Numbered from the stretch's first letter, positions 32,766 to 44,123 are shown. The stretch: DNA of 64,000 bases from Spirochaetia bacterium (GCA_965198005.1 CBDAOI010000004.1:2176001-2240000), one strand, 5' to 3'. Notes: generated by a model from the letters alone, not told the origin. Translations and numbers: made by a program.

Positions 32766-35069
32766 ATGACGGCGCGCCGCTGGGCGCTGGTGGCGGTCCC
32801 TGCCGGCGCTGCCGTGCTGGTGCTGGCGGCGATTCTCTGGCGGCCGGCGGCCGGCGCGGGGCCGGCGGACGCGCCGGCGGACCTGGCGCGCCTGCCGGCG
32901 CAGGGCGACAACGTGGTCGCCGTCGCCGTCGATCTCTCCGCCCGCGCCGGCGACGGGCTGGACGAGGCGAATCTGCGCGTCATTGCCCGCGTAGACGCAT
33001 TCTTCCGCTCGATGGAGGGGCTGCGCGGCTACTCCTCCCCGCTGCGGGCCACCGTGGTCCGGGCGTCGGAGCACGACATCGTCGTACGCCCGTTCATCCC
33101 GCCGGCGTTGCTGGAGGACTACGACGCCGCGACCGCCCAGGAGCTGCGCCGCGCCTACCCGCACTTTCCGGAGATCCATCCCTACTGGAGTGCCGACTTC
33201 CGAGCCGCGGCCTTCTACCTGGAGCTGGGATCGAGAATCGCTCCCACGACGCTGGTGGAACGGCTGGTTCGGCTGCAGCGCACCCTGGCGGAAGAGAGCG
33301 GCGCTGCCGTCCACTTCACCGGCGTGCGCCCGATCGCCGCCGTCACCGGCAGCCTGATGGTGCGCGACCTGCGCGCCCTGCTGCCGCTGGTCGTCGCCGG
33401 CGTCGTCGCCGTCTTTCTGCTCACCTTCGGCACCGCGCGCGGCGCGCTGGTGGCGCTCGCCGCCACCGCCTGCGCGGCCGCGGCCGGGGTCGCCCTGTTC
33501 GTGCTGCTGGCGGGACCGGACACGCCGCTGCTGATCCTGGCGCCGGTGCTCGCCGGCGGGCTGCTCAGCGACTACGCGCTGCACGCCGGCTATCACCTGG
33601 GATGGCGTGGCGACGGTTCTGCGCGCGCCGCCCGCGCCTACCTGGCGGTGCCGCTGGCGCTGACCGCGGCCACCACCGGCATCGGGTTTCTCAGCCTGCT
33701 GGGGCTGGGCAGCACCGCGCATCTGTTCGTGGCCGTGACCGGCGGCGCCGGCGCGCTGGCGGCGCTGGTGCTGGCGCTCTGGTGGCTGCCCCTGGCCGGC
33801 CGCCTGCGGACGCGCAGGGGACGCGCCGGTGCGCGCCACGTGACCCGCCGCCTGCGCCGCCTGCTGGTCGCCGTCCTGCTGGCGCTGGCGCGCCACCGCA
33901 CGGCAGCCGCGATCCTCCTCCTGCTACTGGCGGCGGTTGCCGCGCTGCACCTGGGCCGGCTGCAACCGGAGCCCTATCCCCTGTATCAGCTTCCCGCCGA
34001 GTCGACGATCGTGCAGGCGGAACGGATTTTCAACCGCGAGTTCGCGGGCACGGTGCCGTTCGCACTGGAGCTCGACGCCGGCGAGCCGAACGCCTTCGTG
34101 CGGCGCGGGCCGCTGGAGCAGCTCGGCGCCGTCCATCGGCTGCTCGCCACGGTGCCCGCGGTGGGCCATCAGCAGTCGTTGCTGTCCGTGGTGGAGCGTA
34201 TTCACCGGTACTTCAATACCGGCGGCACTACCGGGGACGCGACGGTGCGGGGCCTGCCGGAGACGCGGGATCCGGACCTGTTCGAACGCATCATCGCCCA
34301 GTACCTGCTGTTCTTCTCCGCCTCGGCCAGTCCCGCGGCCTACGCGGCGCTGGTCGACGATCGGCTCGGCGTGGTGCGCCTGCACGGCATCCTCCGCTAC
34401 GATGATCATGCGACACTGCTCAGCCTGCAGCGCGTCGTGGACACTCTGCGGGACGAGGTGCCGGCCGGCTGGCGGATTCGGCTCACCGGACCGGCGCAGG
34501 AGCTGTTGGAGCACGCTGAACGGCTGCGGCGCAACTGGCTGCGGGCGGTGGTCGCCGGCGGGCTGCTGATCTTCGGCACCGTGCTCGCGGCGTTCCGAAG
34601 CCTCCGGCTGGCCGTGCTCAGCCTGGTTCCGGCGGGCGTGGTCCTGCTGGCCGTTACCGCACTCGCGCCGCGGTTCGGCGTGCGCATCGACGACTACACC
34701 GTGATCGCCCTCGCCATCACCGTGGGACTGACCGTGGATTATACGATCCACGTGATCAACGCCCTGCGGCACGCACCCGCCGCGTCCCTGATCCGGCGGG
34801 CGCACGCCGTGGTGCGCGGCTGCGGGGTGCCGACGTGCATGAGCTTCCTGACCTCGGTGGCGGCGTTCCTCAGCTTGGCGGTCTCGTCGTTCGCCGGCGC
34901 CGTCCACTTCGGCGTGATGATCGCCACCGCGATCGCGGGCGCCCTGGTGCTGAGCCTGTTCATCGCCGCCTGGGAGCTGGCGCGCGATCAGCCCGACCGG
35001 CCCGACCGGCGCCGGCAGTTGCCGAATGCTCGCCGGGGCTGCTACACTGCGGAGGAGGATCGTACGTGA
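32766..35069 (+). CDS. MMPL/RND family transporter
   Basis: Two-fold TM/periplasmic architecture, SDYALH and GLTVDYTIH motifs. Confidence 0.85.
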   Translation: MTARRWALVAVPAGAAVLVLAAILWRPAAGAGPADAPADLARLPAQGDNVVAVAVDLSARAGDGLDEANLRVIARVDAFFRSMEGLRGYSSPLRATVVRASEHDIVVRPFIPPALLEDYDAATAQELRRAYPHFPEIHPYWSADFRAAAFYLELGSRIAPTTLVERLVRLQRTLAEESGAAVHFTGVRPIAAVTGSLMVRDLRALLPLVVAGVVAVFLLTFGTARGALVALAATACAAAAGVALFVLLAGPDTPLLILAPVLAGGLLSDYALHAGYHLGWRGDGSARAARAYLAVPLALTAATTGIGFLSLLGLGSTAHLFVAVTGGAGALAALVLALWWLPLAGRLRTRRGRAGARHVTRRLRRLLVAVLLALARHRTAAAILLLLLAAVAALHLGRLQPEPYPLYQLPAESTIVQAERIFNREFAGTVPFALELDAGEPNAFVRRGPLEQLGAVHRLLATVPAVGHQQSLLSVVERIHRYFNTGGTTGDATVRGLPETRDPDLFERIIAQYLLFFSASASPAAYAALVDDRLGVVRLHGILRYDDHATLLSLQRVVDTLRDEVPAGWRIRLTGPAQELLEHAERLRRNWLRAVVAGGLLIFGTVLAAFRSLRLAVLSLVPAGVVLLAVTALAPRFGVRIDDYTVIALAITVGLTVDYTIHVINALRHAPAASLIRRAHAVVRGCGVPTCMSFLTSVAAFLSLAVSSFAGAVHFGVMIATAIAGALVLSLFIAAWELARDQPDRPDRRRQLPNARRGCYTAEEDRT

Positions 35070-36001
35070 TGGCCGACCACAATGGACAACGGGAACCGGC
35101 AACGCCACAGGTCCATCAGGCTACGTTGGCATGCTGGATCGGCGGCGCCATCTCGGGCGTCCGGCGCCGAGCCTGTTCATCGGCGCCGTCGGAGCGCGTG
35201 ACTCGAGGCAGCATGCTCGTCGTGGCGCTGTTCACGATGGCCGTTTGGGTGCTGGCGCCACCGGCCTCGGCCCAGACCCGGGACCCGGACGTGGAGCGGA
35301 TCGTCGCCCGCGCCGATGCCCTCATCCAGCCCGCCAATCTGAGCGGCGCCTTGACCATGACCCTCACCGCTCCCGGCGGCGACCGGCGCGTGATCGAGGC
35401 CGTCGCCTACCAGAAAGAGCGCGCGGCCGGGCGCGAAGATCGGCTGTTCGTGTTCACCCATCCCCCCAACGTACGCGACACGGCGCTGCTGGTGCACTCC
35501 AACCTGGAGCAGGGGGCGGACGCGATGTGGATCTACCTGCCGGCGCTGGACCGCGTCAAACGGGTCGATCTGGGCGCGGCCGGCGGCGGCCACTTCATGG
35601 GCAGCGACTTCACGTTCCGCGATCTGGTGAGCCGCGACGAGGCGGAGTACGTCCACGCGCTGCTTCCCGAGACCCGGGACAGCGCCGACTTGTACGTAGT
35701 TGAAGTGCGCGGGCGCACCTCCGAGCTGCAGCGCGAGTTCGGCTACTCGCGCGAGGAGCACTTCATCCGCAAGGACAACTTCATGCGGGAACGGGTGGTG
35801 TTCTACGACCTGGCGGGCGACAAGCTGAAGGAGATGACGGTGCACGCGGTGCACGAGGCCGACGGCTTTGCGTTCCCGTCGCAGGTGCGCATGCGCAACG
35901 TCCAGACCGGGCACGTGTCGGAGATCGTGTTCGACGGGCTGTCGTTCTCGGACGAGATCCCCGACCGCACCTTCACCCAGCGCTACCTGCGGCAGAGGTA
36001 G
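35069..36001 (+). CDS. LolA-like outer membrane lipoprotein-sorting protein
   Basis: GGAGGAGG RBS; WIYLPALDRVKR, FMGSDFTFRD, FYD...KLKEM, FTQRYL. Confidence 0.85.
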   Translation: MADHNGQREPATPQVHQATLACWIGGAISGVRRRACSSAPSERVTRGSMLVVALFTMAVWVLAPPASAQTRDPDVERIVARADALIQPANLSGALTMTLTAPGGDRRVIEAVAYQKERAAGREDRLFVFTHPPNVRDTALLVHSNLEQGADAMWIYLPALDRVKRVDLGAAGGGHFMGSDFTFRDLVSRDEAEYVHALLPETRDSADLYVVEVRGRTSELQREFGYSREEHFIRKDNFMRERVVFYDLAGDKLKEMTVHAVHEADGFAFPSQVRMRNVQTGHVSEIVFDGLSFSDEIPDRTFTQRYLRQR

Positions 36002-36008
36002 GTCGAAG

Positions 36009-37425
36009 GTGCTCCGAGCAAAACGGATCGCCGCGACGGTGGCGTTGGCGGTGGCGGTGCTGGCCGCCGCCGGGGCCGACGACGGCGTCGACTTCGACGC
36101 GACCGGATTCGTGCAGCTCGACCACTACGGGCTGGTGGCGCCGGACTGGTTCTACACCAACCAGCGGGTACGGCTCACTGCGGTGACGCAGCTCGAAGCC
36201 GCCGGCGCTACCGGCGACCAGGCGGCGTTCGTGGAGCTGGTGGGATTCGTCCAGCATGGCGTCGACGGGTTCGAGTGGGCGCCCGGCGGGGTGACGCTGA
36301 CGGATCTCGACAACTTCGTCCGGCAGGCGTACGCCGCGTTCCGGTTCGACGCCTTCGATCTCGACCTCGGCAAGAAGTTCGTACGGTGGGGCAAGGTGGA
36401 CCTGCTGAGCCCGCTCGACGTGGTCAACCACGGCAACACCGACCTGCTCGCCCTGGACGACGTGCTCGACGGTGCGCGCGCCGATCCGCTGGTGCACGTG
36501 ACCGCTTATCCGAACGACACGTTGAGCCTCGAGCTGGTGTACGTGCCGTTCCTGGCGCCCGACCTGGTGGCGATCGAAGAACTGGAAATCGACGTGCAGT
36601 TCTCGATCCTTGGCAAGACGTTCGACGTAGATGTCCGGTTCCTCAATCCGGCGGTGACGCCGTTCTCGGAGTGGGCGCACTCGGTGCACGCGGCGCTCTC
36701 CTACACCACGTTCGCCGCCGACCTCCAACTGAGCTACTCGTACTTCCGCGACCAGCTTCTCGACTTCGACCTGAGCGGCCTGGAGGAACGGCGCTCCGAG
36801 GGCGGGAAGCGCCACGACATCAGCGGCGTCGTGACCCCGGCCTACCGGCCGCGCGCACAACTTCGGACTCGGCGCCAGCCTCGCCTGGGGCGGCTGGGTG
36901 GTGTCCGCCGACGCCGGCTTCAAGTTCAGCGCCGACAACCTGTCCGGCTCCCGCATCGACATCAAGAATCCCGAACTGCTCACGGTCGTCCAGGCGGACC
37001 GCGCGTTCGCCATCGGCTCGCAGACGATCAACCTGCTGGCGGGTGTGTTCCACCGGCAGGTGCTGCACGACACGTCGGCGTGGCAGTCGGACTACAGCCC
37101 CTTTCTCGAAGCCTACGTCGGCACGCTGGCCGACCGGCACCTGCTACAGGACCGGCCGCACACCTGGTATCTCGTGGGCCGGCTGCACACCACCTTCCTG
37201 CGCGAGCGCCTCGGGGTCGAAGCGCTCGGCGTCTGGGGGATCACCGAACAGGCGGTCCACCTCGCCCCGCGCATCAGCTACGCCGTCAGCGACACGCTGT
37301 CGGTGGCCGCCGGCGCCAACCTCTGGTGGCTGCTCGACGACCCCCCCGACAGCAACGAGACCGGCCTGCTCCGGCGGGACGACGCCAAGGACAACGTGTT
37401 CGTACGCACCACGCTGCACTTCTGA
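36009..37425 (+). CDS. Outer-membrane beta-barrel-like (DUF1302-like) protein; +1 frameshift at ~36846
   Basis: Signal peptide, LGKKFVRWGKVD..SPLD, C-terminal NVFVRTTLHF; removing one C joins the two ORFs. Confidence 0.7.
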
Positions 37426-37452
37426 CGCCGCCCGCGCCGGAAGCTCGACTCG

Positions 37453-37992
37453 CTAGCTGGAGGCCGGCGTCGCGTCCACCGTCAACGTGAACTCGAGTGC
37501 CATTATCACCAGCGTCAAGGTACGGGCCGTCATGGTCTCAGTAGCCTCTACCGGGGCCGTCCACATTCCGTTCAACGGCGCGGTCGGGTCCATCTCAGCT
37601 GATCTGGCTGCCGTCACCATTCCTTCGGGCACCATCAGCGTCTCCAGCAAAACGCCCGCCACCGTGATCATGGTCATATCCGTCGAAAGTGTGTAAGTGA
37701 AGTCGTGCGTATCACCACCAAGTAGCGCCAGTGCTCCGGCCCGCGCCTCTGCTCCCAATTCCTCACCGTCGTGCGTGATGCCGGCAATGGTCACGGCAAT
37801 AGTCCCCATCAACGGGTTCATAGGATCGGGGTCAGGCATCAAGCTACCCGTGAACACCTGAACGATCGGCGCCGCAGGCATTTCGTCCGGCTCCATCTCG
37901 TCCTTGTCCATCCCGCCCGGGCCATTCCCACAGCCAACCAGCATCATCACCGCCGCGACCGTCGCGGCTCCCACTAACGAAACGATCCTCAT
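37453..37992 (-). CDS. Hypothetical Met-rich lipoprotein
   Basis: GGAG RBS, lipobox LVGC; AT-richer; TATAAT upstream near 38045. Confidence 0.7.
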   Translation of the reverse strand: MRIVSLVGAATVAAVMMLVGCGNGPGGMDKDEMEPDEMPAAPIVQVFTGSLMPDPDPMNPLMGTIAVTIAGITHDGEELGAEARAGALALLGGDTHDFTYTLSTDMTMITVAGVLLETLMVPEGMVTAARSAEMDPTAPLNGMWTAPVEATETMTARTLTLVIMALEFTLTVDATPASS

Positions 37993-38140
37993 CGATCTCC
38001 TCCCATCGCGGATTGTTTCCGCGCTTCATCAACGTACCATACCATTATATCGCGCGACCGTCAACCGTACGCCAAGAGGTCCAGGAGGTCCGGAAGGATG
38101 AAACTGCCGCCGGCCGATCCGGCGCGTGCCGCTGGCGCGC

Positions 38141-39416
38141 CTACAGCGCCGTGAGGGCGGCCCCGGCGGCGGCGCCGATCAGCACTACCAGCCAGGGCGG
38201 GAACTTCCACGAGGCCAGCAGGCCGAACGCGGCGAGGCCCAGGGCGGCGTCGGCCGGCGTGCGAATGGCGGTGGTCCACACGGGGTCGTACAGCGCGGCC
38301 AGCAGCAGGCCGACCACCGCGGCGTTGATGCCGGCCACGGCCGCCCGGAAGCGGACCAGCGCGCGCAGCCGGTTCCAGAACGGGAGGATCCCGATCACCA
38401 GCAGGAACGAGGGCAGGTAGATCGCGCCCAGCGCCAGCAGGCCGCCGCGCCAGCCGCCCGCCGGCCCCTCCATCACCGTCCCCAGGTAGGCCGAGAACGT
38501 GAACAGCGGTCCCGGGAGCGCCTGCGCCAGACCGTAGCCGGCGATGAACCGGTCGCGGGTGACCCAGCCGGCCGGCACCACCTCCGCCTGCAGCAGGGGC
38601 AGCACCACGTGGCCGCCGCCGAACACCAGCGCCCCCGACCGGTAGAACGCGTCCACCACGGCCACCCAGTCGCCGGCCGCGAGCCGGCGGACCACCGGCA
38701 GGCCGGCCAGCAGGAGCAGGAACAGCGCCAGGCAACCGAGCGCGAGCCCGGCGCCGCGTACGTCCGGCCGCCTGCCGGCAGACGCGGGAGTCGGAGGCTT
38801 GAGCGGCGGAGGCCGCCGCCGGCTCCCCCTTCAGCAGCACCCAGCCGATCCCGCCGGCGAGGACGATCGCCGCCATCTGCGCCAGCGGCGTGCGCCACAG
38901 CAGCAGCCCCACCGCGGCCAGCAGGGCGAGTGTGGCGCGCGGCCGGTCCGGGGTCAGGTTGCGGGCCATGCCCAGCACCGCGTACGCCACCACCGCCGCC
39001 GCCACCACCTTGAGCCCCCGCAGCCAGCCCTCGGCCAGCAGCGGGTCGAACGCGGTCACCCCGTAGCCGAACAGGATCATCGCCGCCGCCGACGGCAGCG
39101 TGAACCCGAGCCAGGCCGCCAGCCCGCCGCCGACGCCGGCGCGGGTCATGCCCACCGCGATCCCTACCTGGCTGCTGGCGGGGCCGGGCAGGAGCTGGCA
39201 CAGCGCCACCAAGTCGGCGTAGGCACCGTCGTCGAGCCAGCGGCGGCGGGTCACGTACTCGTCCCGGAAGTAGCCGAGGTGCGCCACCGGCCCGCCGAAC
39301 GACGTCAGCCCCAGCTTGAAGCCCCGCGCCTCGGTCATCAGCGTGTGCCACAGGCCGGTGACCCGGAGCGGGCTGATGCCGCGCCGCCCGGATGCGCCCG
39401 GCGGCCGGCATTCCAC
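38141..39416 (-). pseudogene. Chromate transporter duplicate, frameshifted at ~38795, 5' end replaced by an epoxide hydrolase fragment
   Basis: Closely similar to 41211-42398; 39321-39390 matches 43145-43213 (RRGISPLRVTGLWHTLMT). Confidence 0.88.
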
Positions 39417-39437
39417 TACAGCGCCAGCAGTAGCGCG

Positions 39438-40716
39438 CTAGACCAACTTCAGCGCAGCGTGCACGTCGACCAGTCCGCCAGTCGCATCCTCCCCTCGCAG
39501 AGGAGCCTTTCCAGGGTTGCTGCCAGGATGGGCGTGTCCAAAGATCACTTTTCTCGCGCTATTGGTGAGAACTTCACGGATTTCATCGGGTTTGAGTCCC
39601 GGATTCCTCTGTAGTAGTAACGCACACGCGCCAGCAAGTTGAGGCGCGGCCGCCGAGGTTCCGCTGAACACCCCCCATCCGTCGTTGGGTTGCGTACCGT
39701 CAACTATCGCCCGCGCGGAGTCGATCTCGCATCTCGCGGGAATTGGAAGGAGAACGTATGAAGCGCTATTGCTGGCTCGTCCAACAAGACCACTACAGTC
39801 GGGAATCTGACGACCAGCGTAGATTTGACTAAGAAATGCGCTCGCGTAGTCAGATGCTTCCATTCGGCCCGCAGGGTCCACAAACACACCGCCCGCAGAT
39901 ATGACCTCTGGCATCATTCCTGGAAATGCGATGTGCCCGTTCCCGGCCGCACACACGACGGTAATGCCGCTAGCTTCTGCTCCTTGTATTTCGGCCTCCA
40001 GAGCTACAGCCCAATTCGGCAACTGCGTCTTCGGCAAGCCGCTTGTGCGGTCCCTTAGGTCACCTCCAAGACTGATGGAGACAACCCGTGGGTTGTGTTG
40101 CAACGCTTCCTGAAACCCCTCCAAGAGGGTTGCACCTCGTGCTGGATCATTTTCGTTGCTGAGTTTGATGCCGACAAACTCAACGTCCGGCGCAAGTGCA
40201 AGAAGATTCGCAGATTCCCCCGTGCCGTGGCCGTTTCCATCCATGTGTATGTCGGTAGCAGTCGCAGCTATGACCGTACGCGTGTCGTAACCTCTTTCCT
40301 GGAAATACGCGTGGTCGTGTGCGAAGCCGCTGTCGATCATTGCCACGCGTACTCCTTTCCCGGTCAGTCATTCTCTGTGCGCACGATCAGCGTTCAGTAG
40401 CAAGGACACCTCAGAGATGCCGATATGGAAGTAGGAAGAGGTGAGTTGCGGTGTTAGTGGCGACGGCACCGCAGGTGAAAAACGGTGGTTCATGTAGATA
40501 TGTGGCCATTGAATATATGCGCCATCAATGACCTCGTTTAACGTCGGGTTATTCTCCCACGGGGCCAGTGGGACGCTTTCCGCGAAGGGTATGTTTCCGG
40601 CCAAGGCGCCTTGCAGTTACGAGGCCAGGGCCACCCCGAGATGTCGGAAACGTAATTGCAACACTTACATCCTCTGAAGGTGTGATCGATGCTTGTCCAT
40701 CGCGAAGTATGATCAT
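39438..40716 (-). pseudogene. S8 subtilase, disrupted (frame break near 40600, in-frame TGA at 40368-40370)
   Basis: Triad IDSG / GHGT / GTSAAAP; AHRE*LTGKGVRVAMIDSG; ATG at 40716 overlaps the upstream stop; AT-richer. Confidence 0.8.
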
Positions 40717-41123
40717 GGCAACAGGTTGTCCTCCGTGTCTATTAGTTCTCTGCCGTATGTTTCGTTTAGACGAAGGTAAGGTGGCTCGACGCTGATCTGT
40801 TTCACATAGGGAGCGAATCTGTCGGGAAGCTTAAATTCGCAATCGCATGTGAAGCCGCCAGAAATCCCCATGTCTTCAGCACTCGGCGGCCGAGACGGAG
40901 TAGTTTCCGGAACGATTCTGAACAATTGTTCAAACTGGCGTAGTGCAACGCGTGCCGAGATAGTCGATCTACCGACGCCAGAAACCGTAATTCCAACGCG
41001 TTGAAGTTCAGCTCGCAATCGAGCGATTCCTTTCCCATCTGTGACTTGATCAGTCAGCAGAATGGACAAAGGTACAAGCGTGGACTCATCCGTTTTCGTC
41101 CGCTTCACGTTTAACCTCCGCAC
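40713..41123 (-). CDS. Small protein resembling a stand-alone subtilase propeptide/activation domain
   Basis: ELQRVGITVSGVGRSTISAR...FEQLF...LPDRFAPYVKQISVEPP; translationally coupled to the S8 gene. Confidence 0.55.
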   Translation of the reverse strand: MRRLNVKRTKTDESTLVPLSILLTDQVTDGKGIARLRAELQRVGITVSGVGRSTISARVALRQFEQLFRIVPETTPSRPPSAEDMGISGGFTCDCEFKLPDRFAPYVKQISVEPPYLRLNETYGRELIDTEDNLLP

Positions 41124-41210
41124 GCTGCATACGACTCTTTGATCTCATACGTCGAGACTACTCCACTAGGGAACCTTCAACAAGGAGGTTCCTCGTGTAG
41201 TGATGGTACC

Positions 41211-42434
41211 CTACCGCGCTGTGAGCGCGGCCCCTGCCGCCGCGCCGATCAGCACCACCAGCCAGGGTGGGAACTTCCACCAGGCCAGCAGGCCGAACGC
41301 GGCTAGGCCCAGGGCGGCGTCATCCGGCGTGTGGATCGCGGAGGTCCACACCGGGTCGTACAGCGCGGCCAGCAGCAGGCCCACTACCGCGGCGTTGATG
41401 CCGGCGACGGCGGCTCGGAATCGGACCAGCGCGCGCAGCCGGTTCCAGAATGGCAGCACTCCGGTCACCAGCAGGAACGAGGGCAGATAGATGGCGCCCA
41501 GCGCCAGCAGGCCGCCGCGCCAGCCGTCCGGCGGTCCCTCCATCACCGTTCCCAGGTAGGCCGAGAAGGTGAACAGCGGTCCGGGAAGCGCCTGCGCCAG
41601 GCCGTAGCCGGCGATGAACCGGTCGCGGGTGACCCAGCCGGCCGGCACCACCTCCGCCTGCAGCAGGGGCAGCACCACGTGGCCGCCGCCGAACACCAGC
41701 GCCCCCGACCGGTAGAACGCGTCCACCACGGCCACCCAGTCGCCGGCCGCGAGCCGGCGCACCACCGGCAGGCCGGCCAGCAGGACCAGGAACAGCGCCA
41801 GGCACCCGAGCGCGAGCCCGGCGCCGCGTACGTCCGGCCGCTTACCGACAGACGCGGGAGGCACGGTGGGAGCGGCTTGAGCGGCGGCGGCCGCCGCCGG
41901 CTCCCCCTTCAGCAGCACCCAGCCGATCCCGCCGGCGAGGACGATCGCCGCCATCTGCGCCAGCGGCGTGCGCCACACCAGCAGCCCCACCGCGGCCAGC
42001 AGGGCGAGTGTGGCGCGCGGCCGGTCCGGGGTCAGGTTGCGGGCCATGCCCAGCACCGCGTACGCCACCACCGCCGCCGCCACCACCTTGAGCCCGCGCA
42101 GCCAGCCCGCGGCCAGCAGCGGGTCGAACGCGGTCACCCCGTAGCCGAGCAGGATCATCGCCGCCGCCGACGGCAGCGTGAACCCGAGCCAGGCCGCCAG
42201 CCCGCCGCCGACGCCGGCGCGGGTCATGCCCACCGCGATCCCCACCTGGCTGCTGGCGGGGCCGGGCAGGAGCTGGCACAGCGCCACCAAGTCGGCGTAG
42301 GCACCGTCGTCGAGCCAGCGGCGGCGGGTCACGTACTCGTCCCGGAAGTAGCCGAGGTGCGCCACCGGCCCGCCGAACGACGTCAGGCCCAGCTTGAACG
42401 CGACCAGCAGGACTTCAATCAGGCGGCGCGGCAT
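41211..42434 (-). CDS. chrA: Chromate efflux transporter (long-chain CHR)
   Basis: LGLTSFGGP, CQLLPGPASSQ, VFGGGHVVLP, AQALPGP. Confidence 0.92.
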   Translation of the reverse strand: MPRRLIEVLLVAFKLGLTSFGGPVAHLGYFRDEYVTRRRWLDDGAYADLVALCQLLPGPASSQVGIAVGMTRAGVGGGLAAWLGFTLPSAAAMILLGYGVTAFDPLLAAGWLRGLKVVAAAVVAYAVLGMARNLTPDRPRATLALLAAVGLLVWRTPLAQMAAIVLAGGIGWVLLKGEPAAAAAAQAAPTVPPASVGKRPDVRGAGLALGCLALFLVLLAGLPVVRRLAAGDWVAVVDAFYRSGALVFGGGHVVLPLLQAEVVPAGWVTRDRFIAGYGLAQALPGPLFTFSAYLGTVMEGPPDGWRGGLLALGAIYLPSFLLVTGVLPFWNRLRALVRFRAAVAGINAAVVGLLLAALYDPVWTSAIHTPDDAALGLAAFGLLAWWKFPPWLVVLIGAAAGAALTAR

Positions 42435-42502
42435 GGGCGCGACGTGGGCGCGGCGCGGCAGTCTCGCGGCGCGGGGCGGCGCGATGCGGAACCTGGATTC
42501 CG

Positions 42503-43648
42503 CTACTGCAGCCCGCGGAACGCCTCCCGCACGTCGTGGGCGAGCAGCTCCGGCTCCTCGGTGGCGGCGAAGTGGCCGCCGCGCGGCATCCGGGTGTACC
42601 GGATCAGGTTGAAGGTGCGTTCCAGCCACTCCCGCGGCGGATAGCTGATCTCCACCGGGAACGACGCGAACGCGGTCGGCACGGTAACCCCGGCCTCCGG
42701 CGTCAGCCGCAGCGGCTCCCGCCCGCTCTCGTAGTAGAGCCGGATCGAGGAGCCGATCGTCCGGGTCGCCCAGTAGATCGTGAGGTGGGTCAGCAGCTCG
42801 TCCTTGCTGAACCGCGACTCGAGGTCGCCGCCGCAGTCGCTCCAGGTGCGCCACTTCTCGATGATCCAGGCCGCCAGTCCGGCCGGGGAATCGTTCAGCC
42901 CGTAGGCCAGGGTCTGGGGCTTGGTGCCGTGCTGGTGGCCGTAGGCGCCCTCGGCGCGCTGCCACCAGTCGCGGTGGCGCAGAAACTCCCGCTCGGCGGC
43001 GGACAGCTCCGACCGCGGCGGCACCGGCGCGGTCCCGGCCGCCATGGTCAGGTGGATGGCGCGCACCCGGTCGGGGTACCCCAACCCGAGCGCCGCGGTG
43101 ATCTGCGCGCCCCAATCGCCGCCCTGGGCAAAGAAGCGATCGTAGCCCAGCGCCCCGGTCATCAGCGCGTGCCACAGGCCGGCGACCCGGACCGGGCTCA
43201 TGCCGCGCCGCGCCGGGCGGTCGGAGAAGCCGTACCCCGGCATCGACGGCACCACCACGTCGAACGCGTCCGCCGGATCGCCGCCGTGGCTGCCGGGGTC
43301 GGCCAGCAGCGGGACGATCGGGAGCAGCTCCACGAACGTGCTCGGCCAGCCGTGGGTGATCAGCAGCGGCCGCGGCGCCGGCCCCGTGCCCCGCACGTGC
43401 ACGAAGTGGATGCCGAGTCCTTCCATCTCCGTGCGGAACTGCGGAAAGCGGTTGATGCGCTCCTCCTGAGCGCGCCAGTCGAACCGTTCGGCCCAGTACG
43501 CGCACAGCTCGCGGACGTAGCCCAGGTTGGAGCCGTAGTCCCAGCCCGCGTCCTCGATTTCGTCCGGCCAGCGGGTCCGGCGCAACCGCTCCCGCAGATC
43601 GTCCAGATCCCTGTCCCGGAGGTTGACGACGAATGGTTGAACGTCCAT
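42503..43648 (-). CDS. Epoxide hydrolase (EHN-type alpha/beta hydrolase)
   Basis: HGWP, PSMPGYGFS, QGGDWG, GGHFAA. Confidence 0.93.
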   Translation of the reverse strand: MDVQPFVVNLRDRDLDDLRERLRRTRWPDEIEDAGWDYGSNLGYVRELCAYWAERFDWRAQEERINRFPQFRTEMEGLGIHFVHVRGTGPAPRPLLITHGWPSTFVELLPIVPLLADPGSHGGDPADAFDVVVPSMPGYGFSDRPARRGMSPVRVAGLWHALMTGALGYDRFFAQGGDWGAQITAALGLGYPDRVRAIHLTMAAGTAPVPPRSELSAAEREFLRHRDWWQRAEGAYGHQHGTKPQTLAYGLNDSPAGLAAWIIEKWRTWSDCGGDLESRFSKDELLTHLTIYWATRTIGSSIRLYYESGREPLRLTPEAGVTVPTAFASFPVEISYPPREWLERTFNLIRYTRMPRGGHFAATEEPELLAHDVREAFRGLQ

Positions 43649-44123
43649 GTGACCTGCGGATGATAGCAGGCTCTACGGAGTTCCGGGCAGGGGGGCGGTA
43701 ACGGCCGGTGTACAACCACCATTAGGGCCATGTGCTCGAATTGGTGCAACCAGGGACGGCTTCGCTACGGCGAGAGCCGCTTTCCTCCGGCTGCGCCGTT
43801 GTCGCTGCGAACACGTGTGATCCTCGGATTCGCCGTGCCAATCATGCTGGTCTTCGGCATGCTCGCGATCACGATATATGTGGTGCTGCGACGCCGTTAA
43901 GCATCCCGGTTACCGATCCGAATCTGTTCTTCGGTCGTGCTGCGCAATTGAATTTGGTGCGGCTCTCTTGCGACGAGCACAGAAGCTCGTGCCATCTGGA
44001 ACGGAGCGATAGTTTCTATTATTTCGTGCCTCCCCGCGAACACCGTAACAGGGCGACCAGGGCGGCGGGTGGGTTGACAAACAACGGGATACACCTAGCC
44101 TACTAGTTTCAAGGGACTTGGCT

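Noticed and set aside
40368-40370. In-frame TGA in the subtilase as recoding (Sec, Gly or Trp)
   Set aside because: TGA is the normal stop for many genes here, the position fits a GGA-to-TGA mutation, and the gene has another lesion upstream.
43740-44120. Short ORFs in the AT-richer stretch; VFAGRHEIIETI resembles an ATPase N-terminus
   Set aside because: No Walker motif follows; too little evidence to call.
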